Source of the DNA: Thermodesulfobacteriota bacterium
GTDB taxonomy: Bacteria > Desulfobacterota_D > UBA1144 > Nemesobacterales > JAJCZQ01
Reading direction: 5' to 3'
Length of the DNA stretch: 64,000 nucleotides
NCBI GenBank assembly: GCA_965203965.1
Contig: CBDBDR010000017.1
Location: 768,001-832,000 of the forward strand
This document shows, in pieces, positions 41,233-51,051 of the stretch. A program made the position numbers and the translations under genes. The number at the start of each line of letters is the position of its first letter. The first letter of the stretch is position 1. The notes below the pieces were generated by a model, which ran no database searches, was not told where the DNA came from, and saw nothing but the letters and a program-made list of their open reading frames with translations.

Positions 41233-41919
41233 ATGACAGATGGGACTGAGAATGATTTTCTGGTAATATCGCACCGCGGTGCCAGTGAATATGAACCAGA
41301 AAATACTATCACATCATTTAGAAGAGCTATGGATCTTGGCACGCAGATGATTGAATTTGATGTTCGCCTGAGCTTGGACGGAGAGCTTGTCGTTATCCAT
41401 GACAAAACGTTAAACAGAACAACAAATGGGAAAGGAGACGTGGGAGATAAAACTCTCGGGGAATTAAAAGAACTGGAAGCAGGCAACGGGGAAAAAATAC
41501 CAACAGCGGAAGAGGTAATATCGGAATTCGCTGGCAAAACCAAATTTGTAATAGAGCTTAAAGAATATGAAGCAGAAGATAAAATCCTGAATGTCATTCA
41601 CAAATACAATGTTATGAACGATGTCTTTGTTGTTTCATTTCACAAAAGAATATTAAAAAGAATCAAGTACATTGAGCCGGAGATTAACACCGGATTGATA
41701 AAATTCTATCCTTCAAACATATATGAAGACTGCAAATTTTGTAATGTGGGCATAGTCGCAGTTTTCCGGTCTTTTATAAACCGTAGTTTGGCACAGAAAG
41801 TGCAGAACAGGAAACTGGACTTGTTCGCATGGACAGTTAATCAAAAAAGGCTCGCGCTGAAGATGAAAAACCTTGGTGTAAAAGGCATTATTACAAATAA
41901 GCCTGACCTGCTCGTATAA
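41233..41919 (+). CDS. Glycerophosphodiester phosphodiesterase
   Basis: SHRGAS..EPENT, IEFDV, HDKTLNRTTNG, WTVN and GIITNKP; start may instead be 41215. Confidence 0.92.
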   Translation: MTDGTENDFLVISHRGASEYEPENTITSFRRAMDLGTQMIEFDVRLSLDGELVVIHDKTLNRTTNGKGDVGDKTLGELKELEAGNGEKIPTAEEVISEFAGKTKFVIELKEYEAEDKILNVIHKYNVMNDVFVVSFHKRILKRIKYIEPEINTGLIKFYPSNIYEDCKFCNVGIVAVFRSFINRSLAQKVQNRKLDLFAWTVNQKRLALKMKNLGVKGIITNKPDLLV

Positions 41920-41925
41920 TCCCAA

Positions 41926-43074
41926 ATGGACGAAGTATATCTTGATTACAATGCAACAACTCCCGTTGATCAGAAGGTCATCAACGAAATGCTCCCGTAT
42001 TTTCACTATGACTATGGGAATCCATCCAGCATCCATTCACCAGGAAACAGGGCAAAAGCCGCACTTGATATATCAAGGGGAAGGTTAGCAGAACTAATAA
42101 AAGTCAGACCCGGGGAAATTGTTTTCACCAGCAGCGGTAGTGAATCCAACAACTATTTAATCAAAGGATTGGCAATGTCGGCAATGGAAAAGGGAAAGCA
42201 TATTATATCTACACAAGTAGAACACACCTCTACACTCACAACGCTGAAATACATGCAAACAGCTGGCTTTGAGGTTACTTATATACCTGTTGATGAAAAG
42301 GGAATAGTTGATCTTAATGAACTTGAAAGTGCCATCTCGGCAAGGACTGTATTGATAACGTGCATCCTTGCAAATAACGAGACAGGAGTTATAAACCCAA
42401 TTGAAGAAATAAGCAAAATATCAAGAAAGCACGGGATACCGTTACACACGGACGCAGTTCAGGCACTCGGCAAATTACCATTGGATTTTGCTGAAATACC
42501 CGTTGATTCAGCATCATTTTCATCTCATAAGATATATGGACCCAAAGGTGTTGGTGCAGCATATATCAGAAAGGGACTAACCCCTATAACCCTATTACAC
42601 GGCGGAGGACAGGAGAGAGGAAGAAGATCCGGCACAGAAAATGTTCCCGGGGTCGTGGGATTCGGCAAAGCCTGTGAACTAATTGCCAATTCACTCACTG
42701 AAGAAATTCAGCAGACAGGCAGACTAACAAAAACCCTTCAGGAATGGATAATTGCAAATATAAAAGGTGTCCACCTTAACGGCGCCGGAGCAGATCGTGT
42801 CCCTAACACTCTTAACTTCAGCTTTGAAAATGTCGAAGGAGAATCACTCGTAGTAAACCTTGATCTTGAAGGCATTGCATGCTCAACTGGTTCAGCCTGC
42901 TCTGAGGGAAATGTGGAACCATCCCACGTCCTTCTTGCAATGGGACTGAACAATGAGCAGGCAGTGTCATCCATCAGGATAAGTCTTGGAAGATTCTCGG
43001 AAGAAAAAGATATAGAAAAAATAAAGTCAGTTCTGCCCGCAATAGTGGAAAGGATAAGGAATACAACCTTATAA
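41926..43074 (+). CDS. iscS: Cysteine desulfurase (IscS/NifS group I)
   Basis: YLDYNATTP, GNPSSIH, NNETG, SSHKIYGPKG, RSGTEN and CSTGSACS..PSHVL. Confidence 0.9.
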   Translation: MDEVYLDYNATTPVDQKVINEMLPYFHYDYGNPSSIHSPGNRAKAALDISRGRLAELIKVRPGEIVFTSSGSESNNYLIKGLAMSAMEKGKHIISTQVEHTSTLTTLKYMQTAGFEVTYIPVDEKGIVDLNELESAISARTVLITCILANNETGVINPIEEISKISRKHGIPLHTDAVQALGKLPLDFAEIPVDSASFSSHKIYGPKGVGAAYIRKGLTPITLLHGGGQERGRRSGTENVPGVVGFGKACELIANSLTEEIQQTGRLTKTLQEWIIANIKGVHLNGAGADRVPNTLNFSFENVEGESLVVNLDLEGIACSTGSACSEGNVEPSHVLLAMGLNNEQAVSSIRISLGRFSEEKDIEKIKSVLPAIVERIRNTTL

Positions 43075-43140
43075 GATCGGCGTAAAGATGGACTTAATTT
43101 TTACCCGATGTTTTCTGAAAACAATTGCTCCCGTCCTCTA

Positions 43141-44469
43141 CTATCCCAGTATTTTTTCCACTTTTCTTACGGCTACAGGAAGTGTAAACACGATCAGGTG
43201 ATCATTGACCCGCGGTGTAAAATCCCCTCTGGGTATGATCAACTCACCATCTCTTAGGCAAACTCCAACAATCGATTCACTGGGAAAATCAATGTCCTTT
43301 AACTCTTTTCCTATAACTTTTGAATTCTCTCCAACGTTAAATTCCAGCACTTCACCCCTTCCCCCTTCCAAAAGAGCAATATGTTCCACTCCTCCAATAT
43401 GCAGCAAGCTCAGAATTTCATTTACAATCGCAAGCCTCACACTTATAGCTCTATCAATACCAATTGCCTCAATCACATCTATGTAATCCGGGTTTGTATA
43501 AAGCACTGTGGTTTGCTTTGCACCAAGATTTTTTGCAAGAAGTCCACTTAAAACATTTTTTTCGTCATCACCGGTCAAAGCAGCCAAATAGTCGGTGGAT
43601 TCAACCCCAGCATCTTTCAGGCATTCAGTGTCCGTGGCATCACCTTTGAAAACAGTAACCCCCGGCAGATCCTCTGCTACCAATTCCGCTCTATCGGAAT
43701 CATTCTCAATTATCTTTACCCTTATACCCAGGTTCAATAAAGTTGTCGCAACTTCCCTGCCAAGCCTCCCCCCTCCTATAATGATTGCAGAACGTGCCCG
43801 TTCCAACTTTAGATTAAAAAGTTGTTTTAATCTCTTCAGAACAGCCGGGTCGCCAATCGTAAAAACGTAATCCCCAACTCTTAACACCGTTTTACCCGAG
43901 GGAATTTCTATACTTCCACCTCTTGACACCCCTACAAATATCCATGAACTGGCAGGTCCGAGATCTTGAAGCTTTTTGTTTACAATCTCGGTACCATCTT
44001 CCACCTTTAGCTTAAACAGCTCTACCTTTCCATCTGCAAACGTTTCCGCTTTCCACGCAAAAGGGGCACTTATTAAATCAGATAGCTTTTCTGAAATTAT
44101 CTCGCTGGGGGTTACAACTGATATTTCGTTATTTTTATTCTTTAGCAGATCGTGGTATTCAATGTAGTTTTTGTCTCTTATTCTGCAAACTATGCTTTTT
44201 AAATCCAATGAACTTGCAAACAATGAAGATAATATATTAGCCTTGTCATCACCGCTTACTGATAACAGTATGTCGGAATCCTTCAGCCCGGCTTCCATAA
44301 GAACAGTTGGATTATCTCCTTCACCATGTATGGATAGAACGTCAAGACTATCCCTTATTTTTAATGATTTTTCCTTGTTGTTTTCAATAACAACTACGTC
44401 ATGCTCAGTTGACAACTCTCTCGCCAAAAAAAGCCCTACCTGTCCAGCACCTACAATTATTATTCTCAA
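43141..44469 (-). CDS. trkA: Trk system potassium uptake NAD-binding subunit TrkA
   Basis: Two RCK_N/RCK_C pairs (GAGQVG; GGGRLG). Confidence 0.92.
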   Translation of the reverse strand: MRIIIVGAGQVGLFLARELSTEHDVVVIENNKEKSLKIRDSLDVLSIHGEGDNPTVLMEAGLKDSDILLSVSGDDKANILSSLFASSLDLKSIVCRIRDKNYIEYHDLLKNKNNEISVVTPSEIISEKLSDLISAPFAWKAETFADGKVELFKLKVEDGTEIVNKKLQDLGPASSWIFVGVSRGGSIEIPSGKTVLRVGDYVFTIGDPAVLKRLKQLFNLKLERARSAIIIGGGRLGREVATTLLNLGIRVKIIENDSDRAELVAEDLPGVTVFKGDATDTECLKDAGVESTDYLAALTGDDEKNVLSGLLAKNLGAKQTTVLYTNPDYIDVIEAIGIDRAISVRLAIVNEILSLLHIGGVEHIALLEGGRGEVLEFNVGENSKVIGKELKDIDFPSESIVGVCLRDGELIIPRGDFTPRVNDHLIVFTLPVAVRKVEKILG

Positions 44470-44536
44470 TGGATTAATCTGCTCTTAAACATATTTAATT
44501 AGTGATATCAACATCTTCAACTTGCTTTTAATTTGC

Positions 44537-46237
44537 TCAACAAACATCCATTATATTAAGCCTAATTTCGGTATTGCCATTCCAATAATTGAGTTCTGGA
44601 GTAAAAACAAGATCGCCCACGTCCGGGACATTATCTACTTCTTTGACATTAAACCACATGGCATTAAATGAAACTTTCCCGTCACTAATCATCGCTCCAA
44701 GATGCTTTGCTTTATATAACCTCTGATTTTTTATACCTACGGATTTAACCATAAAAATGGGATTTGGATTACCAATACCAAAGGGAGCCATACTCTGAAT
44801 TTCGTTCAGCAAATTAAAATCAACCATATTCAACCCAATCTCCATATCTATATTCACCGTCCTTTCTTCTGGGATATTTATTTTTGAAACAGCTTCTGAA
44901 AATAGCTCTCTAAACTGCTGTATATTTTTCTTTTTTATTGTTATCCCCGCTGCTTGTTCATGCCCGCCGTATTTTTCAAATATTTCCTTGAACCCGGAGA
45001 TTATTTTATAAATATTTACCCCTTCCACAGTTCTACCAGAACCCTTACAAACTCTATCACCGTCCAGTGCAATTAAAAAAGTTGGCTTTCTGTATAGCTC
45101 ACTTAATCGCGAAGCTACTATACCTATAACTCCCTCATGCCAATTGTCCGATGATAAAACAATTGAATTGCTGTTTCTTAAACTATCATTTGCCTCGTAA
45201 ATCTGTATTGCTTCACCCAATACGGATTTCTCAATACCCTGTCTATTCACATTTTCATTATTTAAGCTGATTGCAATACACCTTGCCTCTTCAAAATCAT
45301 CAGTAGTTAAAAGATCAACGGCTGATTGCACGTTCTTTAATCTCCCTATGGCATTTATTCTTGGAGCAAGTTTAAAGCCTATATCATAAGAATTCACAGA
45401 CCCGTTCAGACCACTGACTTCTTTCAGAGCCTTTATTCCACACCTTTTAGATCTGTCCATTCTTTTCATACCTTCTCTAACCATTATCCTGTTGGAGTTT
45501 ACAAGAGGGACACAATCAGCAACTGTCCCAAGAGCAACAATATCCAAATAATCTGCAAGATTTGGTTCTACATCTTTGAAAAACCCTTTATCTCTCAAGA
45601 ACTTTCTAAATGCCAATATTAGATTGAATACAACCCCGACCCCCGCCACTTCACTTGCAGGATAACTACATCCTTTCTGTTGAGGATTTAACACTGCCAC
45701 GGAGTTTGGTATCTTATCAGGAGGACGATGATGATCGGTAATTATAAAATCAATATCAAGTTCTTTTGCATATTCAACTTCATCGTAAGCCGTTATACCG
45801 CAATCAGCCGAAACAATTAAATTTACTCCTTGATTACCAAGTGTTTTAATCGCCTCTTTATTGATTCCATATCCTTCACTCAACCTGTCCGGATTATAGG
45901 TCATTACTCTCATACCAATCTGGTTTGCAAAATTGTAAAATATTGAGGTGGAAGCCACACCATCAACGTCATAATCACCGTAAATGGCTACCTTCTCATT
46001 ATTTTTCAGTGCCTTATAAAGTCTTTTAACCGCAATGTCCATATCCTTCATCAAAAACGGTGAAGGAAGATCAGACAAAATCGGATTTAAAAATTTCTCG
46101 GCTTCAAGTTCATCTTTAACTCCTCTGTTTATCAATAGTTGAGCGATAATTTGAGAAATCCCGAGCTTTTTGGAAATTTTTGTTATGAGACTTAAATTCT
46201 GTTTTGTCAGAACCCAGTTATTTTTCATAGATCCCAT
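44537..46237 (-). CDS. recJ: Single-stranded-DNA exonuclease RecJ
   Basis: YGDYDVDG, EGYG, DCG, TDHH, LGTVAD, APRINAIGR and GGHEQAAG. Confidence 0.95.
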   Translation of the reverse strand: MGSMKNNWVLTKQNLSLITKISKKLGISQIIAQLLINRGVKDELEAEKFLNPILSDLPSPFLMKDMDIAVKRLYKALKNNEKVAIYGDYDVDGVASTSIFYNFANQIGMRVMTYNPDRLSEGYGINKEAIKTLGNQGVNLIVSADCGITAYDEVEYAKELDIDFIITDHHRPPDKIPNSVAVLNPQQKGCSYPASEVAGVGVVFNLILAFRKFLRDKGFFKDVEPNLADYLDIVALGTVADCVPLVNSNRIMVREGMKRMDRSKRCGIKALKEVSGLNGSVNSYDIGFKLAPRINAIGRLKNVQSAVDLLTTDDFEEARCIAISLNNENVNRQGIEKSVLGEAIQIYEANDSLRNSNSIVLSSDNWHEGVIGIVASRLSELYRKPTFLIALDGDRVCKGSGRTVEGVNIYKIISGFKEIFEKYGGHEQAAGITIKKKNIQQFRELFSEAVSKINIPEERTVNIDMEIGLNMVDFNLLNEIQSMAPFGIGNPNPIFMVKSVGIKNQRLYKAKHLGAMISDGKVSFNAMWFNVKEVDNVPDVGDLVFTPELNYWNGNTEIRLNIMDVC

Positions 46238-46255
46238 CGCACTCTGAAACCCATG

Positions 46256-46714
46256 TCATGATTCCAGATCTCCTGAACTGCTGATAAAACTACACAACCC
46301 CCTGAGTCCCAACAAATAACTGTTCAATCCAAACCCGGAAATCATGCCAACGCAAATCCCTGATACAAAGGAGTTCTGTCTGAATTCTTCACGTTTGAAA
46401 ATATTTGATATATGTATCTCAACCACCGGTAGTGCAGTGGATAATAGTGCATCCCGTATTGCAACACTTGTGTGTGTGTAAGCAGCAGGATTTATCAATA
46501 TCCCGTCAAAATTACCACAAGCCCCTTGGACACAATTTACTATTTCACCTTCCGAATTTGACTGAAAAAACTCCAGAGCCACATCTTCTCTAAGGCTTTC
46601 TGCTTCACGAATTAACATTCTGTTTATATCCTCCAGAGTATTGCTTCCGTAAATATCAGTTTCTCTTTTGCCAAGTGTGTTCAGATTTGGACCATTTACA
46701 ACCAGTATTTTCAC
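46256..46714 (-). CDS. aroQ: Type II 3-dehydroquinate dehydratase
   Basis: [34 protein letters not shown] and EIHISN. Confidence 0.96.
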   Translation of the reverse strand: MKILVVNGPNLNTLGKRETDIYGSNTLEDINRMLIREAESLREDVALEFFQSNSEGEIVNCVQGACGNFDGILINPAAYTHTSVAIRDALLSTALPVVEIHISNIFKREEFRQNSFVSGICVGMISGFGLNSYLLGLRGLCSFISSSGDLES

Positions 46715-46742
46715 GGTGCTCCTTCCTTGTATCCCGTTTATT

Positions 46743-47393
46743 TTAAATCGTTTTGATTTTCTGCCTTTTATTTAACAACTTCATATTAAAAGGATCTTTT
46801 TTCAACAACTTATCAAGTATTTTAGCCGCCCGAGTGTGATGACCTTGCTCAAAATACAGATTTGCAAGAGTTTCAGTCGCAAAATCCTCTCTTTCATCAT
46901 CCCTGATTTCAGTCCGATAAAAAACCGAGCGAAAGTTTGGGGGTTTATCTTCATCAATTGAAACAAACATATTGAGTCGCTCAAAAACAGCTCTTATTTC
47001 CCGGTTACCGGGATGGCATAAACATAAATTTCTTGCAATATCCAAAGCAGCATCAAAGTTTTTTTGAATTGAATAAATATTTATCAGTTCTCTTGACGCG
47101 TCAATGTTAGCAGGAGCTAGCCTGACGGCAATTTTAAATTCCTCTCTTGCTTTATCAATCATCCATCTTTCAAGATATATCTTACCCAGCAAGTGTCTTG
47201 CAGTAACGCTATGTTTATTTTGACGAATCTCTCTTGTAAGAACCTCCAGAGCTTTATCCAATTTTTTCCTTGTTATCAGCAGCTTTGCAAACTGCACACA
47301 GCAATCAGACATGGGGTCATCTTTAAGCATTCTGGCATACTTGTTCTCTAATTTTTCCAGATAAATCGGGCTTAAAAATTCTGAGTTATCCAT
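46743..47393 (-). CDS. Tetratricopeptide repeat protein
   Basis: TPR-like helices (ARHLLGKIY...A) and a C-terminal [14 protein letters not shown] motif. Confidence 0.8.
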   Translation of the reverse strand: MDNSEFLSPIYLEKLENKYARMLKDDPMSDCCVQFAKLLITRKKLDKALEVLTREIRQNKHSVTARHLLGKIYLERWMIDKAREEFKIAVRLAPANIDASRELINIYSIQKNFDAALDIARNLCLCHPGNREIRAVFERLNMFVSIDEDKPPNFRSVFYRTEIRDDEREDFATETLANLYFEQGHHTRAAKILDKLLKKDPFNMKLLNKRQKIKTI

Positions 47394-47442
47394 AACTCTA
47401 AAGGGAATTCAATCTTTAACCTGAAAATAAACAATCAATTTC

Positions 47443-48996
47443 TTATTTCTTTCTGTATAAAATTTCCCTGAAATCATTTATCTCCTCAACTTTAAACATT
47501 TTTGACAAAACCACATAGACCAAAAGCGAAAACAGGATAATTATCATCAAAAACAATATATTTAAGGATAAACCATTGTTTGACCAGCTTACATAATGTG
47601 ACACTTTCCACGCAATAAAACCCATTATTGCTGAAAACACGGTTACTTTCACAATAAAATATACAAAGCCGTCCGATATCAGATTTTTTGTACGTTTGTT
47701 CAGAATATATATTAACAGGAGAAAATTTACGACTGCTGAAACAGAACTTGCCAATGCGAGTCCAAGTTGATGTAAGGATAAATAGAGACCCAGAATATAG
47801 CCTAATGCAATGTTCACAATAAATGCAATAAATGCCATTACCACAGGTGTTTTTGTGTCTCTCAGCGCATAAAATGCTGGGACCGTAACCCTTAATCCAC
47901 CTACAGCCCATAAACCAATTGAGTATCCGAGCAGAGCCTGAGCAGTTTGCATAACTTCCAACCCCGTGAACTCACCTCTCTCAAAAAGCACGGAGCACAG
48001 CGGAACCCCGAGTGCAATTAAACCCGCCAAACAGGGAACAAGCACGAACAGCACAAGCCTTAATGAATACAGATAATTCTTCTTAAAAGCATGCATATTA
48101 CCATCCGCGGCGTATTCAGACAGACTTGGCATCATAACGGTTGCAATAGAAACAGCTATGATTCCAAGGGGAAATTCAATTAATCTTTCAGAAAAATATA
48201 AGAATGTGACCGTTCCGTCAGGCATAAATGATGCGTATTGAGTGTTTACAATGATATTTAAATTGTAAACGGCTATCCCAAAAAGCTGTGGGATAACTAA
48301 TATTGCAATGTTTTTTACAGCAGGGTGATTCAATCTGGAAGTAAAACTGAATAAATACCCTCTGCTGATTAAAAGAGGAATATTAACCGCTAACTGGAAC
48401 ACCCCACCAATAAATACCCCCAGCGCAAGCGATAATGTGGGGTCTTTGAACAGCCCGTAAAATAGAACAATGCTGGCTATTACTGATAAATTAAGAAGAA
48501 CTGGAGAAAAAGCAGGGGCAAAAAAATGCCTTAGGGAATTCAAAACACCCATTGAAAGCGAGGCAAGAGATATAAACAAAATATAGGGAAACATAATACG
48601 GTTTAACTCAACCGCTAAATTAAAGGTCTTTTCATCAAACCCGTATGCAAACACTTTTACAATCAATGGTGAAAGTGCAATACCCAAAATTGAAACCAGA
48701 GAAACTACAAGGAAAAGAACTGTAAATATTGAATTGAGAGCGCCTCTGGCTTCAAGTCTGCCTTTTTTCAGGTATTCGGTAAATACGGGAACGAACGCAA
48801 CCGTAATTGATCCTTCTGCAAACAGGCGTCTCAAGAGATTTGGAATTCTAAAAGCAACGTAGAACGCATCAGTTTGATATGAAGCACCGAAGAAATAAGC
48901 AACTATTATGTCTCTGAAGTATCCTGTCATCCTGCTTACAAAAGTAAACAGACCAACAAGACTCCACTGCTTGACAATATTTTTATCCGTGCTCAT
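47443..48996 (-). CDS. murJ: Lipid II flippase MurJ
   Basis: SRMTGYFRD, DAFYVAFRIPNLLRRLFAEG, ERLIEFPLG and FYALRDTKTP. Confidence 0.96.
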   Translation of the reverse strand: MSTDKNIVKQWSLVGLFTFVSRMTGYFRDIIVAYFFGASYQTDAFYVAFRIPNLLRRLFAEGSITVAFVPVFTEYLKKGRLEARGALNSIFTVLFLVVSLVSILGIALSPLIVKVFAYGFDEKTFNLAVELNRIMFPYILFISLASLSMGVLNSLRHFFAPAFSPVLLNLSVIASIVLFYGLFKDPTLSLALGVFIGGVFQLAVNIPLLISRGYLFSFTSRLNHPAVKNIAILVIPQLFGIAVYNLNIIVNTQYASFMPDGTVTFLYFSERLIEFPLGIIAVSIATVMMPSLSEYAADGNMHAFKKNYLYSLRLVLFVLVPCLAGLIALGVPLCSVLFERGEFTGLEVMQTAQALLGYSIGLWAVGGLRVTVPAFYALRDTKTPVVMAFIAFIVNIALGYILGLYLSLHQLGLALASSVSAVVNFLLLIYILNKRTKNLISDGFVYFIVKVTVFSAIMGFIAWKVSHYVSWSNNGLSLNILFLMIIILFSLLVYVVLSKMFKVEEINDFREILYRKK

Positions 48997-49210
48997 TATC
49001 AATTTTCACAAAATCATAGTCAACATCTGGTCTGATTTTCTCCAATACTTTAATCGCATCATCATAGAGATCATCAGTTGTTGCAATTCTAACCAATTTG
49101 TTTAGTGGGTCCTCAGTCCTGACCCACATCAAGTGTGAATAACTTCCTAAAATTGAAGCTAACAACACATTGTGGCTTCTATTTTTAAGTTTTATGAAAA
49201 TGTCCGGCAT
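48983..49210 (-). CDS. DUF4911-like small protein
   Basis: SILGSYSHLMWVRTEDP..LVRIATTDD..DAIKVLE resembles the DUF4911 pattern; overlaps the murJ start. Confidence 0.6.
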   Translation of the reverse strand: MPDIFIKLKNRSHNVLLASILGSYSHLMWVRTEDPLNKLVRIATTDDLYDDAIKVLEKIRPDVDYDFVKIDNEHG

Positions 49211-49302
49211 TAATAATTTAGACCAAACCTACTGAAACTATTGCATTTCTCCGTCTGTTTCTATGCTTTCTACATCCTGATTATTTCCATATTATAACCA
49301 AA

Positions 49303-49348
49303 TGGCATAAAAGTGTTGAGTTTTGGCATAAAATGGTATAGGATGGTT
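49303..49348 (+). promoter_or_regulatory. Putative MraZ-binding direct repeats
   Basis: TGGCATAAAA at 49303 and 49324, TGGTATAGGA at 49334 and TGGTT at 49344 place TGG at about 10-bp periodicity immediately before mraZ. Confidence 0.65.
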
Positions 49349-49352
49349 AATA

Positions 49353-49799
49353 ATGTTTCGAGGAAGATACGAACACAAGATAACAAATACAGGAAGAATC
49401 AGTATTCCTTCCAAATTCAGAGAGATCTGCAGGGAAAAATATGGTGAAGAAAATTTTGTTATAACTAACTTTGACGGTTGTCTGGTTGCCTATCCACTAC
49501 ATGAATGGAGCGAGATTGAAAATAGTATGTCCAATCTACCCCAGTTCAGACAGGATGTTCTATCCACTATGAGATATTTTTTGGCAGGGGCAGCAGATTG
49601 CCCAATTGACGGACAAGGCAGGATTTTAATACCTCAATCGCTGAGAAATCATGCAAACATAAGTAAAGAGGTGGTAATGATAGGAATGCTGAAGAGAATT
49701 GAGATATGGGACAAAGATATATGGTATGAGAAAGAGTTTAAAAAATCACACGAGCAATTTAACCAGAGCAGGGAAGAACTTGCAGAATACGGACTATAA
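49353..49799 (+). CDS. mraZ: Division/cell wall cluster transcriptional repressor MraZ
   Basis: MFRGRYEH..GRISIPSKFR, DGQGRILIP and RIEIWD. Confidence 0.96.
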   Translation: MFRGRYEHKITNTGRISIPSKFREICREKYGEENFVITNFDGCLVAYPLHEWSEIENSMSNLPQFRQDVLSTMRYFLAGAADCPIDGQGRILIPQSLRNHANISKEVVMIGMLKRIEIWDKDIWYEKEFKKSHEQFNQSREELAEYGL

Positions 49800-50762
49800 A
49801 TGAACAAAGCACCCGCCATAAAAATTGACCGGTTAATACATAAACCTGTTCTGTTGAAAGAATCCATTGATTATCTACAACCGATGGAGGGTGGAATTTA
49901 TATGGATGCAACATTAGGACTGGGAGGACACACTTCGCGATTGCTTGAAACGTCGAGCAGTAAATCAAAAGTAATTGCACTGGATGTGGATGAAGAGTCC
50001 CTTACTATAGCAAGTCAGTATCTGAAGCCATTTGAAAACAGACTAATACTTGTCAATAGAAACTTTACTGAAATTGACAGTGCCGTAAGAGAATTAGGTG
50101 TGACAAAGGTAGACGGAATTATTGCCGACCTCGGCTTGTCATCTCACCAGTTGGAAATGAGCAAAAGGGGGTTCAGCTTCATGGGCAATGAACCACTTGA
50201 TATGAGAATGGACTCCAAGCTAATTTTCACTGCATCCGACCTGCTGAATGAAATGACAGCAGAAGAGATTGAAAACCTGATAAAAAGGTATGGAGAAGAA
50301 AGGTTTTCGAGGAAAATTTCCAAATCCATCGTAAAAGCCCGTAAAATCAGTCCTTTGAAAACATCAGCCGAACTTGCATCAATTGTATCAAACTCAATAC
50401 CCCAAAGATATCATCCAAAAGAAATACACCCTGCCACTAAAACATTTCAGGCTCTTAGGATAGCAGTGAACAATGAGCTGGAAAACCTGAAAATATTTAT
50501 AGAAAAAGCAGTAAATTTGTTAAGAGACGGAGGACGTCTCGTAATAATATCTTTTCATTCCCTTGAAGACCGTATTGTTAAAGATTGTTTCAAAAAATTA
50601 AACTCAAACTGTATATGCCCACCTGATCTACCCATATGCAAATGTAATAAGAAAAGCACTTTAAAAATATTGACCAAATCACCTGTAAAACCTAGTGAAG
50701 ATGAAATTCAGGCAAATCGGAGATGTAGAAGCGCTAAAATGAGAGTAGGAGAGAGGATATAA
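49800..50762 (+). CDS. rsmH: 16S rRNA C1402 N4-methyltransferase RsmH
   Basis: HKPVLL, DATLGLGGHT, DLGLSSHQL, PLDMRM, TFQALRIAVN and SFHSLEDR. Confidence 0.97.
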   Translation: MNKAPAIKIDRLIHKPVLLKESIDYLQPMEGGIYMDATLGLGGHTSRLLETSSSKSKVIALDVDEESLTIASQYLKPFENRLILVNRNFTEIDSAVRELGVTKVDGIIADLGLSSHQLEMSKRGFSFMGNEPLDMRMDSKLIFTASDLLNEMTAEEIENLIKRYGEERFSRKISKSIVKARKISPLKTSAELASIVSNSIPQRYHPKEIHPATKTFQALRIAVNNELENLKIFIEKAVNLLRDGGRLVIISFHSLEDRIVKDCFKKLNSNCICPPDLPICKCNKKSTLKILTKSPVKPSEDEIQANRRCRSAKMRVGERI

Positions 50763-50766
50763 AACA

Positions 50767-51051
50767 ATGAAAATGAAACATATCATCTTATTACTAATGA
50801 TTCCACTGGTGCTCTCAATAATTTTTGTGAAAATAAGGGTTGATCAGATAGATATTGGTTATGACGTATCAGAAAACAACAAAAAAGAAAGAGCATTGAT
50901 ACAGGAAAGACAGAAATTAAGGGCTGAGCTATCAAATCTCAAATCTCCACGCAGGTTGGAGCTTATAGCCGACAAATTGGGATTTAGGTTACCAGTCCAA
51001 AATGACATTTTCCATATTGAAAAAGCAACTATCATCGGCAATAGAAAATGA
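50767..51051 (+). CDS. ftsL: Cell division protein FtsL
   Basis: TM helix, coiled coil and LKSPRRLELIA..LG; lies between rsmH and ftsI. Confidence 0.8.
   Translation: MKMKHIILLLMIPLVLSIIFVKIRVDQIDIGYDVSENNKKERALIQERQKLRAELSNLKSPRRLELIADKLGFRLPVQNDIFHIEKATIIGNRK

Noticed and set aside
37813..43074. DNA phosphorothioation (dnd/ssp) or isc/suf cluster suggested by two cysteine desulfurases
   Set aside because: No dndBCDE, sspBCD, PAPS-reductase-like, iscU/iscA or suf genes are present in the window.
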